Shown here: piece after piece, positions 1 to 6,559 of the stretch
How the letters are laid out: each line of letters starts with the position of its first letter
Numbering within the stretch: position 1 is the first letter of the stretch
Origin: Eubacteriales bacterium
GTDB taxonomy: Bacteria; Bacillota; Clostridia; Oscillospirales; CAG-272
Reading direction: 5' to 3'
Assembly: GCA_045576095.1 (NCBI GenBank)
Contig: JAZNFP010000005.1
Span: forward strand, 1-51,683
DNA length: 51,683 nucleotides
Translations under genes and position numbers: made by a program
The notes under the pieces: generated by a model
What the model was told of the DNA's origin: nothing
What the model saw: the letters and a program-made list of their open reading frames with translations, nothing else
Databases searched by the model: none

Positions 1-35
1 GGATCCGGCAGAATCCAGAGATAAACAAAAAAATG

Positions 36-60
36 AAAAAGACCCTTCGGGGTCTTTTTT
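36..60. terminator. Hairpin flanked by A-run and T-run (bidirectional intrinsic-terminator-like)
   Basis: aaaaagaccc-ttcg-gggtcttttt; perfect stem including the A/T runs. Confidence 0.5.
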
Positions 61-171
61 AGATAATAGATAAGAGATAATGGATTTGGCTTTAAACCAA
101 ACGACGGAGTCTCATAACTGAAAAAGGATCCTTTTGGTGCACCTGCTATAAAGCAGATTTGAAATGTAGAA

Positions 172-215
172 AATGCCGAGAGTAACCACTTCGGGTTCTC
201 TCGGCATTAATTTTT
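172..215 (+). terminator. Hairpin plus T-run upstream of the methyltransferase gene
   Basis: 11-nt arms aatgccgagag (172-182) / ctctcggcatt (198-208), followed by aattttt. Confidence 0.4.
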
Positions 216-255
216 ACACATATATTATACCACAAAATCGGCAAAAAATCAAGTC

Positions 256-284
256 TTGTATTTGCATAATTTATATGCTATAAT
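256..284 (+). promoter_or_regulatory. Sigma-A-type promoter for the methyltransferase gene
   Basis: TTGTAT (256-261), 17-nt spacer, TATAAT (279-284); GGAG RBS about 8 nt before the ATG at 314. Confidence 0.5.
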
Positions 285-313
285 TTATCAAATAAAAAAA
301 GGAGTGCTGTCAG

Positions 314-1213
314 ATGATTTTGAATGCATTGGATGAAGTTTTGTTTTGGGATGATATTGATGCCTTAAAGACATTTACAAAGCAGAATTGCGATAGATTT
401 TACCCACACGACTTTGAAAATTATAATAAGAATCAAGAATCGTTTTTCAAGTCGATTATCCCTAATAAAGCAGAATTCATTCGTCGATTAGAAAACTATG
501 CAAAGGTCGGACTGCCTTTTTGGATTTCGGGCAGAAATGAGCTTAGTGATGATATTGATGCAAATTCGATGATTAAGGCTATTTCTGTAAGTTCTAAAAT
601 CGATAATGGAGAACAAAAAGCCAAACAAGCGTCAAAATGGCAAAAAAACAATCCTTCGTTTTGGAAATTCTACACGAATAATATCCTACATCAACAAGAA
701 AATCGTATTCTTGAACTCACGATAGGCGCGGGCGGTGGAACAAACGCGGTTATGAGAGAAATGACACCTCGCGACTATTATATGGGTGTTGATATAGATT
801 TTGTATGTGCAAAAAACGCTGACGCTCTCGCTAAATATTATAACATCAACGGTTTGGGTATTGCCACATCGTTATGGAAATTGCCTTTTGAAGATTGTAT
901 GTTTACATCGGTTTGCTGTAATGCAGGCTTGGAAGAATGCCGAGAAATCCCTACGATCATAGAGGAAGCGTACAGGGTATTAATGACCGGCGGTAAAATC
1001 GTTTTGCATTGTTTGAACACTAATAAAATGCAAGCGTATGCAAGATTTGAACAATACGGTTTCTCTGAAGAAGAAATGATATATTGGGCAAAGCAAATAA
1101 GAATGTACACGTCTGCTGAAGGTGTAGAAGAGTTGTTAAGAGCCGTTGGATTTACGGCTTATAAACGAATGACTGATGAAAAATTAGGAAGTATTCTTGT
1201 GTTTGAAAAATAA
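314..1213 (+). CDS. Class I SAM-dependent methyltransferase (Methyltransf_11/25-like, small-molecule type) with an uncharacterised ~130-aa N-terminal region
   Basis: Motif I ELTIGAGGG, acidic end of beta2 (GVDID), LPFED and GGKIVL motifs. No DPPY/NPPY or PC/ENV DNA-methyltransferase motifs. AT-rich codon usage unlike the rest of the window. Confidence 0.75.
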   Translation: MILNALDEVLFWDDIDALKTFTKQNCDRFYPHDFENYNKNQESFFKSIIPNKAEFIRRLENYAKVGLPFWISGRNELSDDIDANSMIKAISVSSKIDNGEQKAKQASKWQKNNPSFWKFYTNNILHQQENRILELTIGAGGGTNAVMREMTPRDYYMGVDIDFVCAKNADALAKYYNINGLGIATSLWKLPFEDCMFTSVCCNAGLEECREIPTIIEEAYRVLMTGGKIVLHCLNTNKMQAYARFEQYGFSEEEMIYWAKQIRMYTSAEGVEELLRAVGFTAYKRMTDEKLGSILVFEK

Positions 1214-1282
1214 TATGCGCTTTTGTGTCCACAAAAGCAGTGCTTGTCAGGAAAATTGATAAAGCGTAGATGAACAAAAAAA

Positions 1283-1330
1283 GGCTCCCTTGTGTAAAGG
1301 GAGCTGTCAGCGAAGCTGACTGAGGGATTG
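1283..1330. repeat. Left (3'-side) arm of the imperfect inverted repeat bracketing the DUF559 gene
   Basis: Contains the 19-nt hairpin ctcccttgtgtaaagggag (1285-1303), the hairpin gtcagc-gaa-gctgac (1306-1320) and gagggattg (1322-1330). The 19-nt and 9-nt blocks recur as exact reverse complements at 1708-1726 and 1678-1686. Confidence 0.85.
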
Positions 1331-1675
1331 TTCTACGAGGCGATCAATATATTCGCAAACACCCCGAAAGTTTTTATGTATTTCCGTATTCGGTATTCTG
1401 ATAACCGTCAATCCGTATTTTTCAAGGAAAGCGGTTCGTTCTTCATCATATTGTTTTCCTTCCTCGGTATAATGTCCTGAACCGTCAAGCTCTATGACGA
1501 GCTTTGCCTCTGCACAGTAAAAATCCGCAATATACTTTCCGAGAACCTTTTGGCGAGAAAAGCGAACGGGATAGGTGCGAAGAAAATCATACCAAAGATG
1601 TTTTTCTTCTTTAGTCATATTCTTTCGCAACATTTTTGCGGTTGGCACAATATCTTTATTGTGTTTTCTCTGCAT
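1307..1675 (-). CDS. DUF559 (Vsr/restriction-endonuclease-like fold) domain protein
   Basis: 122 aa. Typical DUF559 layout: LRKNMTKEEKHLWYDFLR..., FSRQKVLGKYIADFYC, LVIELDGSGH. GGAGGG SD lies 7 nt upstream of the ATG. Confidence 0.85.
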   Translation of the reverse strand: MQRKHNKDIVPTAKMLRKNMTKEEKHLWYDFLRTYPVRFSRQKVLGKYIADFYCAEAKLVIELDGSGHYTEEGKQYDEERTAFLEKYGLTVIRIPNTEIHKNFRGVCEYIDRLVEQSLSQLR

Positions 1676-1677
1676 TA

Positions 1678-1730
1678 CAATCCCTCCGTCACGCTGACGC
1701 GTGCCACCTCCCTTTACACAAGGGAGGCTT
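1678..1730. repeat. Right (5'-UTR-side) arm of the inverted repeat bracketing the DUF559 gene
   Basis: caatccctc (1678-1686), hairpin cacgc-tgac-gcgtg (1690-1703), ctccctttacacaagggag (1708-1726). Includes the gene's SD on the minus strand. Confidence 0.85.
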
Positions 1731-1811
1731 TTAGCGTATCCAAGCCCTAATGTTTCTCTATAAATAAAAATTGATTTAGAAAATTTATGTATTTTGTTAT
1801 AACATCAACAT

Positions 1812-2282
1812 CTAAACTTTCGATAAAAATGCAACTCCTAACCCCAACGTACATATTGCTATTCCAAGGAAAATAATTGCTTTAGCACAAAAGCCAAAAG
1901 CTCCGATGCAATTCTCATCGTTGTCTAAATATGAAATACACGGAAATGCTTTGATATAAACTACCCACGAATTATTTGGTATTTTATGCGGTTTCCTAAA
2001 AAACTCCAAAGCACAAAGATAAAGTTTGTTGTTTACATTATATACGTATTTTGTTTTTGTTAGATGCTTTATGGTGAAAACAATTCTCGGAGGTCCATCA
2101 TATTTTCCAAATCCGGTCCAAACATTAACATCCTTTTTATATTTACTACCGTACAGTTTTCCAAGAGTCCTGCCTGTTTTATGTGGTGATTTTTCAAATA
2201 TTAAGTAGGCGATAAAATATAATCCCGATATCAATAGTAAAACACCACCAAGAATAAGAAAGCATATTCCTGCTATTTTCAC
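1812..2282 (-). CDS. Hypothetical membrane protein (N- and C-terminal TM helices around a ~100-aa soluble domain)
   Basis: GTG start with GGAGG 7 nt upstream. Hydrophobic segments IAGICFLILGGVLLLISGLYFIAYLIF and AIIFLGIAICTLGLGVAFL. AT-rich. Confidence 0.6.
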   Translation of the reverse strand: MKIAGICFLILGGVLLLISGLYFIAYLIFEKSPHKTGRTLGKLYGSKYKKDVNVWTGFGKYDGPPRIVFTIKHLTKTKYVYNVNNKLYLCALEFFRKPHKIPNNSWVVYIKAFPCISYLDNDENCIGAFGFCAKAIIFLGIAICTLGLGVAFLSKV

Positions 2283-2333
2283 AATATTCCTCCTTTTAAT
2301 TTCACAAGATATTGCTTATAAGTCTATTATATC

Positions 2334-2364
2334 AAAAAAACCGCAGAAAATCAATCTGCGGTTT
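2334..2364 (-). terminator. Intrinsic terminator of rsmI; marks the boundary between GC-rich core and AT-rich island
   Basis: Minus strand reads aaaccgcaga-ttgattt-tctgcggttt followed by a run of 7 T. Confidence 0.7.
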
Positions 2365-2428
2365 CTGCTTTTTCTGGCGGTAGGCAAAACTGTCCTTTAG
2401 GGTACAGCTCTATTGTGACGTCCTTTTT

Positions 2429-3328
2429 TTATCGCTTATCGCAAAGAAATTTGTAGAGCTCGCTTTTGGAAATACCGCGCTCTTTTGCCGCCGCCTTGAT
2501 CGCATCCATTCGCGAAAGCCCCTTTCTTTCATGGATCGCAACGTGCTCCTCGGGGGGGAGCTCGCCGAGATCAGAAGCCGAGGATTTCCCACCGTGAATG
2601 GATTGGTGCTCGGCTTGTCCCATCAAAACCAGAACGTATTCGCCTCTCGGGTCGTTTCCCTTGTAGTATTCGATCGCATCGCCAACAGTAGTCCGCAGCG
2701 TATCCTCGTTGAGCTTGGTCAGCTCGCGGCAAAGAGAAATACGACGGTCTGCGCCGAAGGTGTCTGCGAGATCTGCAAGGGTGGTGCGAAGCTTATGCGG
2801 TGCCTCGTAAAGGATCATCGTTCGCCGCTCGTTTTTCAGCTCGGCAAGACGCTCGCGTCTTTCTCTTTTGTTTACCGAGAGAAATCCCTCGAAGACAAAG
2901 CGGCCGGTTGACAGCCCGGAGAGTGCAAGGGCGGATACTGCCGCACAGCAACCCGGTACGATCAGTACCCGTACGCCGCGCTCGGCGGCAAGACGTACGA
3001 GATCCTCCCCGGGGTCGCTGATCGCAGGCATTCCCGCATCGGTAACGAGCGCAACGCTTTCGCCCGATTGTACGCGCGCGAGGATCAGCTCGCCGCGCTC
3101 GCGCTTGTTATGCTCGTAGTAGCTGACCGTCTCCTTTTTGATGCCGAAGCAGCCAAGGAGTCTTGCGGTGTTGCGCGTATCCTCTGCCGCGATGAAATCA
3201 ACCTCAGAGAGCACCTTTTTCGCGCGCTCAGAGAGATCGGACAGATTCCCGATCGGCGTCGCAACGAGATAGATCACGCCGTGCTCGGTACGGTTTTTTT
3301 CTTCAAAGGCGCGTGTGCCTTCTGTCAT
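2429..3328 (-). CDS. rsmI: 16S rRNA (cytidine1402-2'-O)-methyltransferase RsmI
   Basis: N-terminus GVIYLVATPIGNLSDLSERA...FIAAEDTRNT is typical of the RsmI/tetrapyrrole-methylase fold. Synteny with trmN6/holB matches the B. subtilis yabC region. Confidence 0.9.
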   Translation of the reverse strand: MTEGTRAFEEKNRTEHGVIYLVATPIGNLSDLSERAKKVLSEVDFIAAEDTRNTARLLGCFGIKKETVSYYEHNKRERGELILARVQSGESVALVTDAGMPAISDPGEDLVRLAAERGVRVLIVPGCCAAVSALALSGLSTGRFVFEGFLSVNKRERRERLAELKNERRTMILYEAPHKLRTTLADLADTFGADRRISLCRELTKLNEDTLRTTVGDAIEYYKGNDPRGEYVLVLMGQAEHQSIHGGKSSASDLGELPPEEHVAIHERKGLSRMDAIKAAAKERGISKSELYKFLCDKR

Positions 3329-4080
3329 TGGGGGCGTCTCCTTTCCGGAAAGCTTCCGTTACTTAAAATAAAATTCATATCCTCGGTATATTCGGTGTGC
3401 GAGGAATCCGTATAGAGGATGAGCGGGGCAGTGGTTACAAGAGAGGGGGCGGCGCCAAGCTTTCCTTCAATGAGCAGCATCGACGGCGCCGACGTCGCAT
3501 CCGCTAAAACGTAGGTCAGTCGCTTGGGCTCAATTTTCGCTCTTCTCATCGCGCAAAGCAGATCGACCGTTCGATCAGGGCGGTAGACGCAGTAGAAGCG
3601 GCCGCCGTAGCGCAGCTTTTTGCTTGCAGCCGCGCAAAAATCGTCAATATCTCCGACAACCTCGTGGCGTGCGATGTTTTTGACATCTGCGGCGTTGGGA
3701 TATCCGCCCGATACCGTCATATAGGGGGGATTGGTATAGAGAATATCCGATCCGTCACCGCCGTATGCGCCGAGCTCGCGGATATCGGCACAGGCAATCT
3801 CAACAACGTCAGCAAGTCCGTTTAAGGCAACGTTTCGCCTTGCAATATCGGCAAATTCGCGCTGCACCTCAACGGCAAGAATATGCGATGCCTTTTTCCG
3901 CGTTGCACAAAGGAGGGAAACAATCCCCGTGCCGGTTCCGAACTCAAGCGCCCTGCCGGCAGCAGTTGTGCGAACGTATGCGGCAAGAAGCAGGGCATCG
4001 GTTCCGAAGGTGAGGCCGTCGGAGCGCTGAATCAGTCGAATCGAATCGTTAACGGTGTCAATACGCTCGCTCGAATTCAT
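3325..4080 (-). CDS. trmN6: tRNA (adenine-N6)-methyltransferase, YabB/TrmN6-like (MTS family)
   Basis: GTGTG SAM motif and NPPY catalytic motif (LYTNPPYM). Its 3' end overlaps the rsmI start by 4 nt. Confidence 0.7.
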   Translation of the reverse strand: MNSSERIDTVNDSIRLIQRSDGLTFGTDALLLAAYVRTTAAGRALEFGTGTGIVSLLCATRKKASHILAVEVQREFADIARRNVALNGLADVVEIACADIRELGAYGGDGSDILYTNPPYMTVSGGYPNAADVKNIARHEVVGDIDDFCAAASKKLRYGGRFYCVYRPDRTVDLLCAMRRAKIEPKRLTYVLADATSAPSMLLIEGKLGAAPSLVTTAPLILYTDSSHTEYTEDMNFILSNGSFPERRRPQ

Positions 4081-4160
4081 AATTGTCCTTTCAGGGATGT
4101 TTTCGTCGAAAAAAAGAAGACGGAACGGGAAACCGAACCGCCTTCTTTCCTGTGCATCAA

Positions 4161-4334
4161 TCAGTCTTCCTTAACGGGAGCACCCACGGGGCAAGCGTCT
4201 GCGCAGCTTCCGCACTCAACGCACTCGTCTGCGTCGATTACGAACTTTGCATCGTCCTCGGAAATGCAGTTGACGGGGCACTCGGATTCGCAAGCGCCGC
4301 ACTTAATGCACTCATCGGTAATTTTATAAGCCAT
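4161..4334 (-). CDS. fdx: 2x[4Fe-4S] clostridial-type ferredoxin (57 aa; missing from the ORF track because it is under 60 aa)
   Basis: My translation: MAYKITDECIKCGACESECPVNCISEDDAKFVIDADECVECGSCADACPVGAPVKED, with two CxxCxxCxxxCP motifs. GGAGGTG lies 6-7 nt upstream of the ATG. Confidence 0.85.
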   Translation of the reverse strand: MAYKITDECIKCGACESECPVNCISEDDAKFVIDADECVECGSCADACPVGAPVKED

Positions 4335-4366
4335 GATTTACACCTCCAATGTATTGAGCTATAATC

Positions 4367-4394
4367 ATTCTATCATACTTTGCGTAAAAATCAA
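4367..4394 (-). promoter_or_regulatory. Candidate promoter for the ferredoxin gene
   Basis: Minus strand: TTGATT, 16-nt spacer, TGaTAGAAT (extended -10). Confidence 0.4.
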
Positions 4395-4434
4395 GAGGGA
4401 AACGAATATTTTTTGAAAAATATGTGAAAAATAC

Positions 4435-5334
4435 TCAATTGGCATCGTTTGATCTCGGAATTCTTCCTTTGCCTGCACGGAGCACCTCGATCTCATCGAC
4501 CGTGAACAGACGGGGCGCCTCGGGCTTGTCGTCAAGTCGGACCTTGACGGTTTCAAGCAACGTCCGAACCTCGACAACCGTTCCGTTTCCGGCGGCGGTT
4601 GCGACATAGGAGCCGACGGGGGGCGTTTTTTTCAAAGCCGCCTCGTAAATCTCATGCTCGTATCGCAAGCAGCACATCAGCCGTCCGCATGCCCCCGAAA
4701 TCTTTGCGGAGTTGAGCGAAAAATTCTGCTCCTTTGCCATCTTGATCGAAACCTGCACGAAATCCGAAAGAAAGGTCGTACAGCAGAAGGGGCGACCGCA
4801 GGCACCGAGTCCCCCGATCATCTTCGCTTCATCGCGGATGCCGATTTGTCTTAACTCAATGCGCGTGCGGAAAACCGAGGCAAGATCCTTGACCAGCTCT
4901 CGGAAGTCAACGCGGGATTCTGCGGTAAAATAGAAGAGAAGCTTGCTGTTATCAAAGGTGTATTCGGCATCGACCAGGCGCATCTCCAGCCCGTGCTCTT
5001 CAATCTTTCGGCGGCAGATTACGGCAGCGTCAAGCTCGGCGCGACGGTTCTTTTCCGCCTTTTCGAGATCCTGCTCGGTCGCCTTCCGCAGAATTTTCCG
5101 AAGTGGAGGCGTGATGCTTGCGCTTTCGATTTTGTGATTTGACAGGACGATCGAGCCGATCTCGAGTCCGCGAGAGGTTTCGACGATGACACGGTCGCCA
5201 ACCGAAAAACTCAGCCCGTTCGGGGAGAAAAAGTAACTCTTTCCCGCGTTGCGGAACGAGACGTCTGCCACCTCGGTCAGCTCAGGGGCGTCGGTTGATC
5301 CGTCAATAGCTTTGGCGGTATATTCTTCGTTCAT
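4435..5334 (-). CDS. ricT: PSP1-domain protein RicT/YaaT (stage 0 sporulation / RNA maturation complex subunit)
   Basis: PSP1 C-terminal Cys motifs GACGRPFCCTTF and CGRLMCCLRYE. Start moved to the ATG at 5334 (MNEEY, GGAAAGGAA RBS) because the track start at 5385 overlaps holB. Confidence 0.85.
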   Translation of the reverse strand: MNEEYTAKAIDGSTDAPELTEVADVSFRNAGKSYFFSPNGLSFSVGDRVIVETSRGLEIGSIVLSNHKIESASITPPLRKILRKATEQDLEKAEKNRRAELDAAVICRRKIEEHGLEMRLVDAEYTFDNSKLLFYFTAESRVDFRELVKDLASVFRTRIELRQIGIRDEAKMIGGLGACGRPFCCTTFLSDFVQVSIKMAKEQNFSLNSAKISGACGRLMCCLRYEHEIYEAALKKTPPVGSYVATAAGNGTVVEVRTLLETVKVRLDDKPEAPRLFTVDEIEVLRAGKGRIPRSNDAN

Positions 5335-5356
5335 ATAGGTTCCTTTCCGAATCGGA

Positions 5357-6388
5357 TCAGTTGACGGCAAAAACCGACGTGGCAAGAGCCGTCAGCGTGA
5401 CCTGTACGTTTGCATTGGCATAAAGATCGTTTTGTGCACGACGAATTGCGGATTCTGTCGAGAACAGCCGCGTATAGTCGGCTTGTCCGGCGAGACGAGA
5501 CGCCTCGGCACGGTCAAGGAAAAAGAGAAGCTTGGCATCGGGAAAGCGTCTTACGGTGCAAAGATCGCGCAAGGCATCCGCCGCCATCGCAAGAAGCTCC
5601 GAGAGCTCGGCACGCTTGGTCGGCAGCTTCATCGTTGCCGCATAAACAGACGAAAAGCTTTTTGCCTCGGCAAAGGCGAGAGCAAGCTCGGAGACGGTTT
5701 GGCGCTTTTTGAAGAGCTCTGTCTGCGTTTTGACGGAAAGAAGACGGAGAGCCTCGCCGATTTTGCCGTCGGCGGCAGAGATGACGGCAGACAGCTTCTC
5801 GGGGGCGCCGTTGGCAAGAGCGGCGGCATCTCGGTTGGTTTTCAGAAGATGCTCGCGCATTTTTTCCTCATCAACGTACCTCATACGCAAAAGCTGTGCG
5901 CGGCTTCGAATCGTCGGGAGCATCGCCTCACAGGACTCCGCAAGAAGGAGAATCAGAACGTTCGGCGGTGGCTCCTCAAGTGAGATCAAAAGCGCGTTCT
6001 GCGCGGCAGGCGTCATGGCATCGGCATCCGAAATGATAAACGTCTTGCGATCAAGCTCGGTTGCGGAAAGAGCCATTTCGGATCGGAGCTCACGGATGGA
6101 CTCAACGCTCACCGTTGCCTTTTCGCCCCGATCGAGGTATCGGACGTCGGGCGTTTTTTCTGCAAGAATTTTTTTGCACGCCGCGCAAGTGCCGCAGGGG
6201 AGCGAGCTTAACGGGTCGCCGCGATTCTCGCAGGAAGCGGCGGCGGCAATCTGCCTTGCAAACGTACGTTTTCCGCTTCCGCGCCGTCCTTCGATCAGAT
6301 AGGCATGGGAAAGTCGATTGGCACGAATCGTTTCGCCGATTCTGTTTTTGACGTCGTCAGAACCGACGAGTGTCGGAAAATACGGCAT
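5357..6388 (-). CDS. holB: DNA polymerase III delta' subunit
   Basis: HAYLIEGRRGSGKRTFA AAA+ motif and a CGTCAACKK zinc module. Start set to 6388 (GGAGGTG 7 nt upstream). Confidence 0.85.
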   Translation of the reverse strand: MPYFPTLVGSDDVKNRIGETIRANRLSHAYLIEGRRGSGKRTFARQIAAAASCENRGDPLSSLPCGTCAACKKILAEKTPDVRYLDRGEKATVSVESIRELRSEMALSATELDRKTFIISDADAMTPAAQNALLISLEEPPPNVLILLLAESCEAMLPTIRSRAQLLRMRYVDEEKMREHLLKTNRDAAALANGAPEKLSAVISAADGKIGEALRLLSVKTQTELFKKRQTVSELALAFAEAKSFSSVYAATMKLPTKRAELSELLAMAADALRDLCTVRRFPDAKLLFFLDRAEASRLAGQADYTRLFSTESAIRRAQNDLYANANVQVTLTALATSVFAVN

Positions 6389-6478
6389 CCCATCACCTCC
6401 CATCTTCATTTAATTATATCAAAATCAAAGCCGGGTGTCAATCATTTTTTGTTTTTACGTGAAAATTCATATTATGTA

Positions 6479-6507
6479 TTGTAAAAACGGTAAAAGAATG
6501 TTATAAT
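6479..6507 (+). promoter_or_regulatory. Sigma-A-type promoter for metG-tatD
   Basis: TTGTAA (6479-6484), 17-nt spacer ending in TGt, TATAAT (6502-6507). Confidence 0.55.
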
Positions 6508-6559
6508 AAAAGGGTATAGCTGCGTTCGTCTACAAGACGGAACGCTCGGGAGGAAACAA

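Noticed and set aside
1-135. GGATCC at position 1 and a second GGATCC within the palindrome aaaaggatcctttt (124-137) as signs of a cloning junction or engineered DNA.
   Set aside because: A 6-bp site at the window edge and one more nearby can easily occur by chance or through window cutting. Nothing else here looks vector-like.
314-1675. Methyltransferase plus DUF559 nuclease-fold gene as a restriction-modification pair.
   Set aside because: The methyltransferase has small-molecule class I motifs and lacks N6/N4 (D/NPPY) or C5 (PC, ENV) DNA-methyltransferase motifs. The two genes are convergent, and the DUF559 gene sits in its own IR-bounded cassette.
6410-6559. Possible T-box riboswitch upstream of metG.
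   Set aside because: The intergenic region is only ~150 nt and most of it is occupied by the promoter. I see no specifier-loop/T-box (AGGGUGGNACCGCG-like) sequence and no terminator/antiterminator pair.
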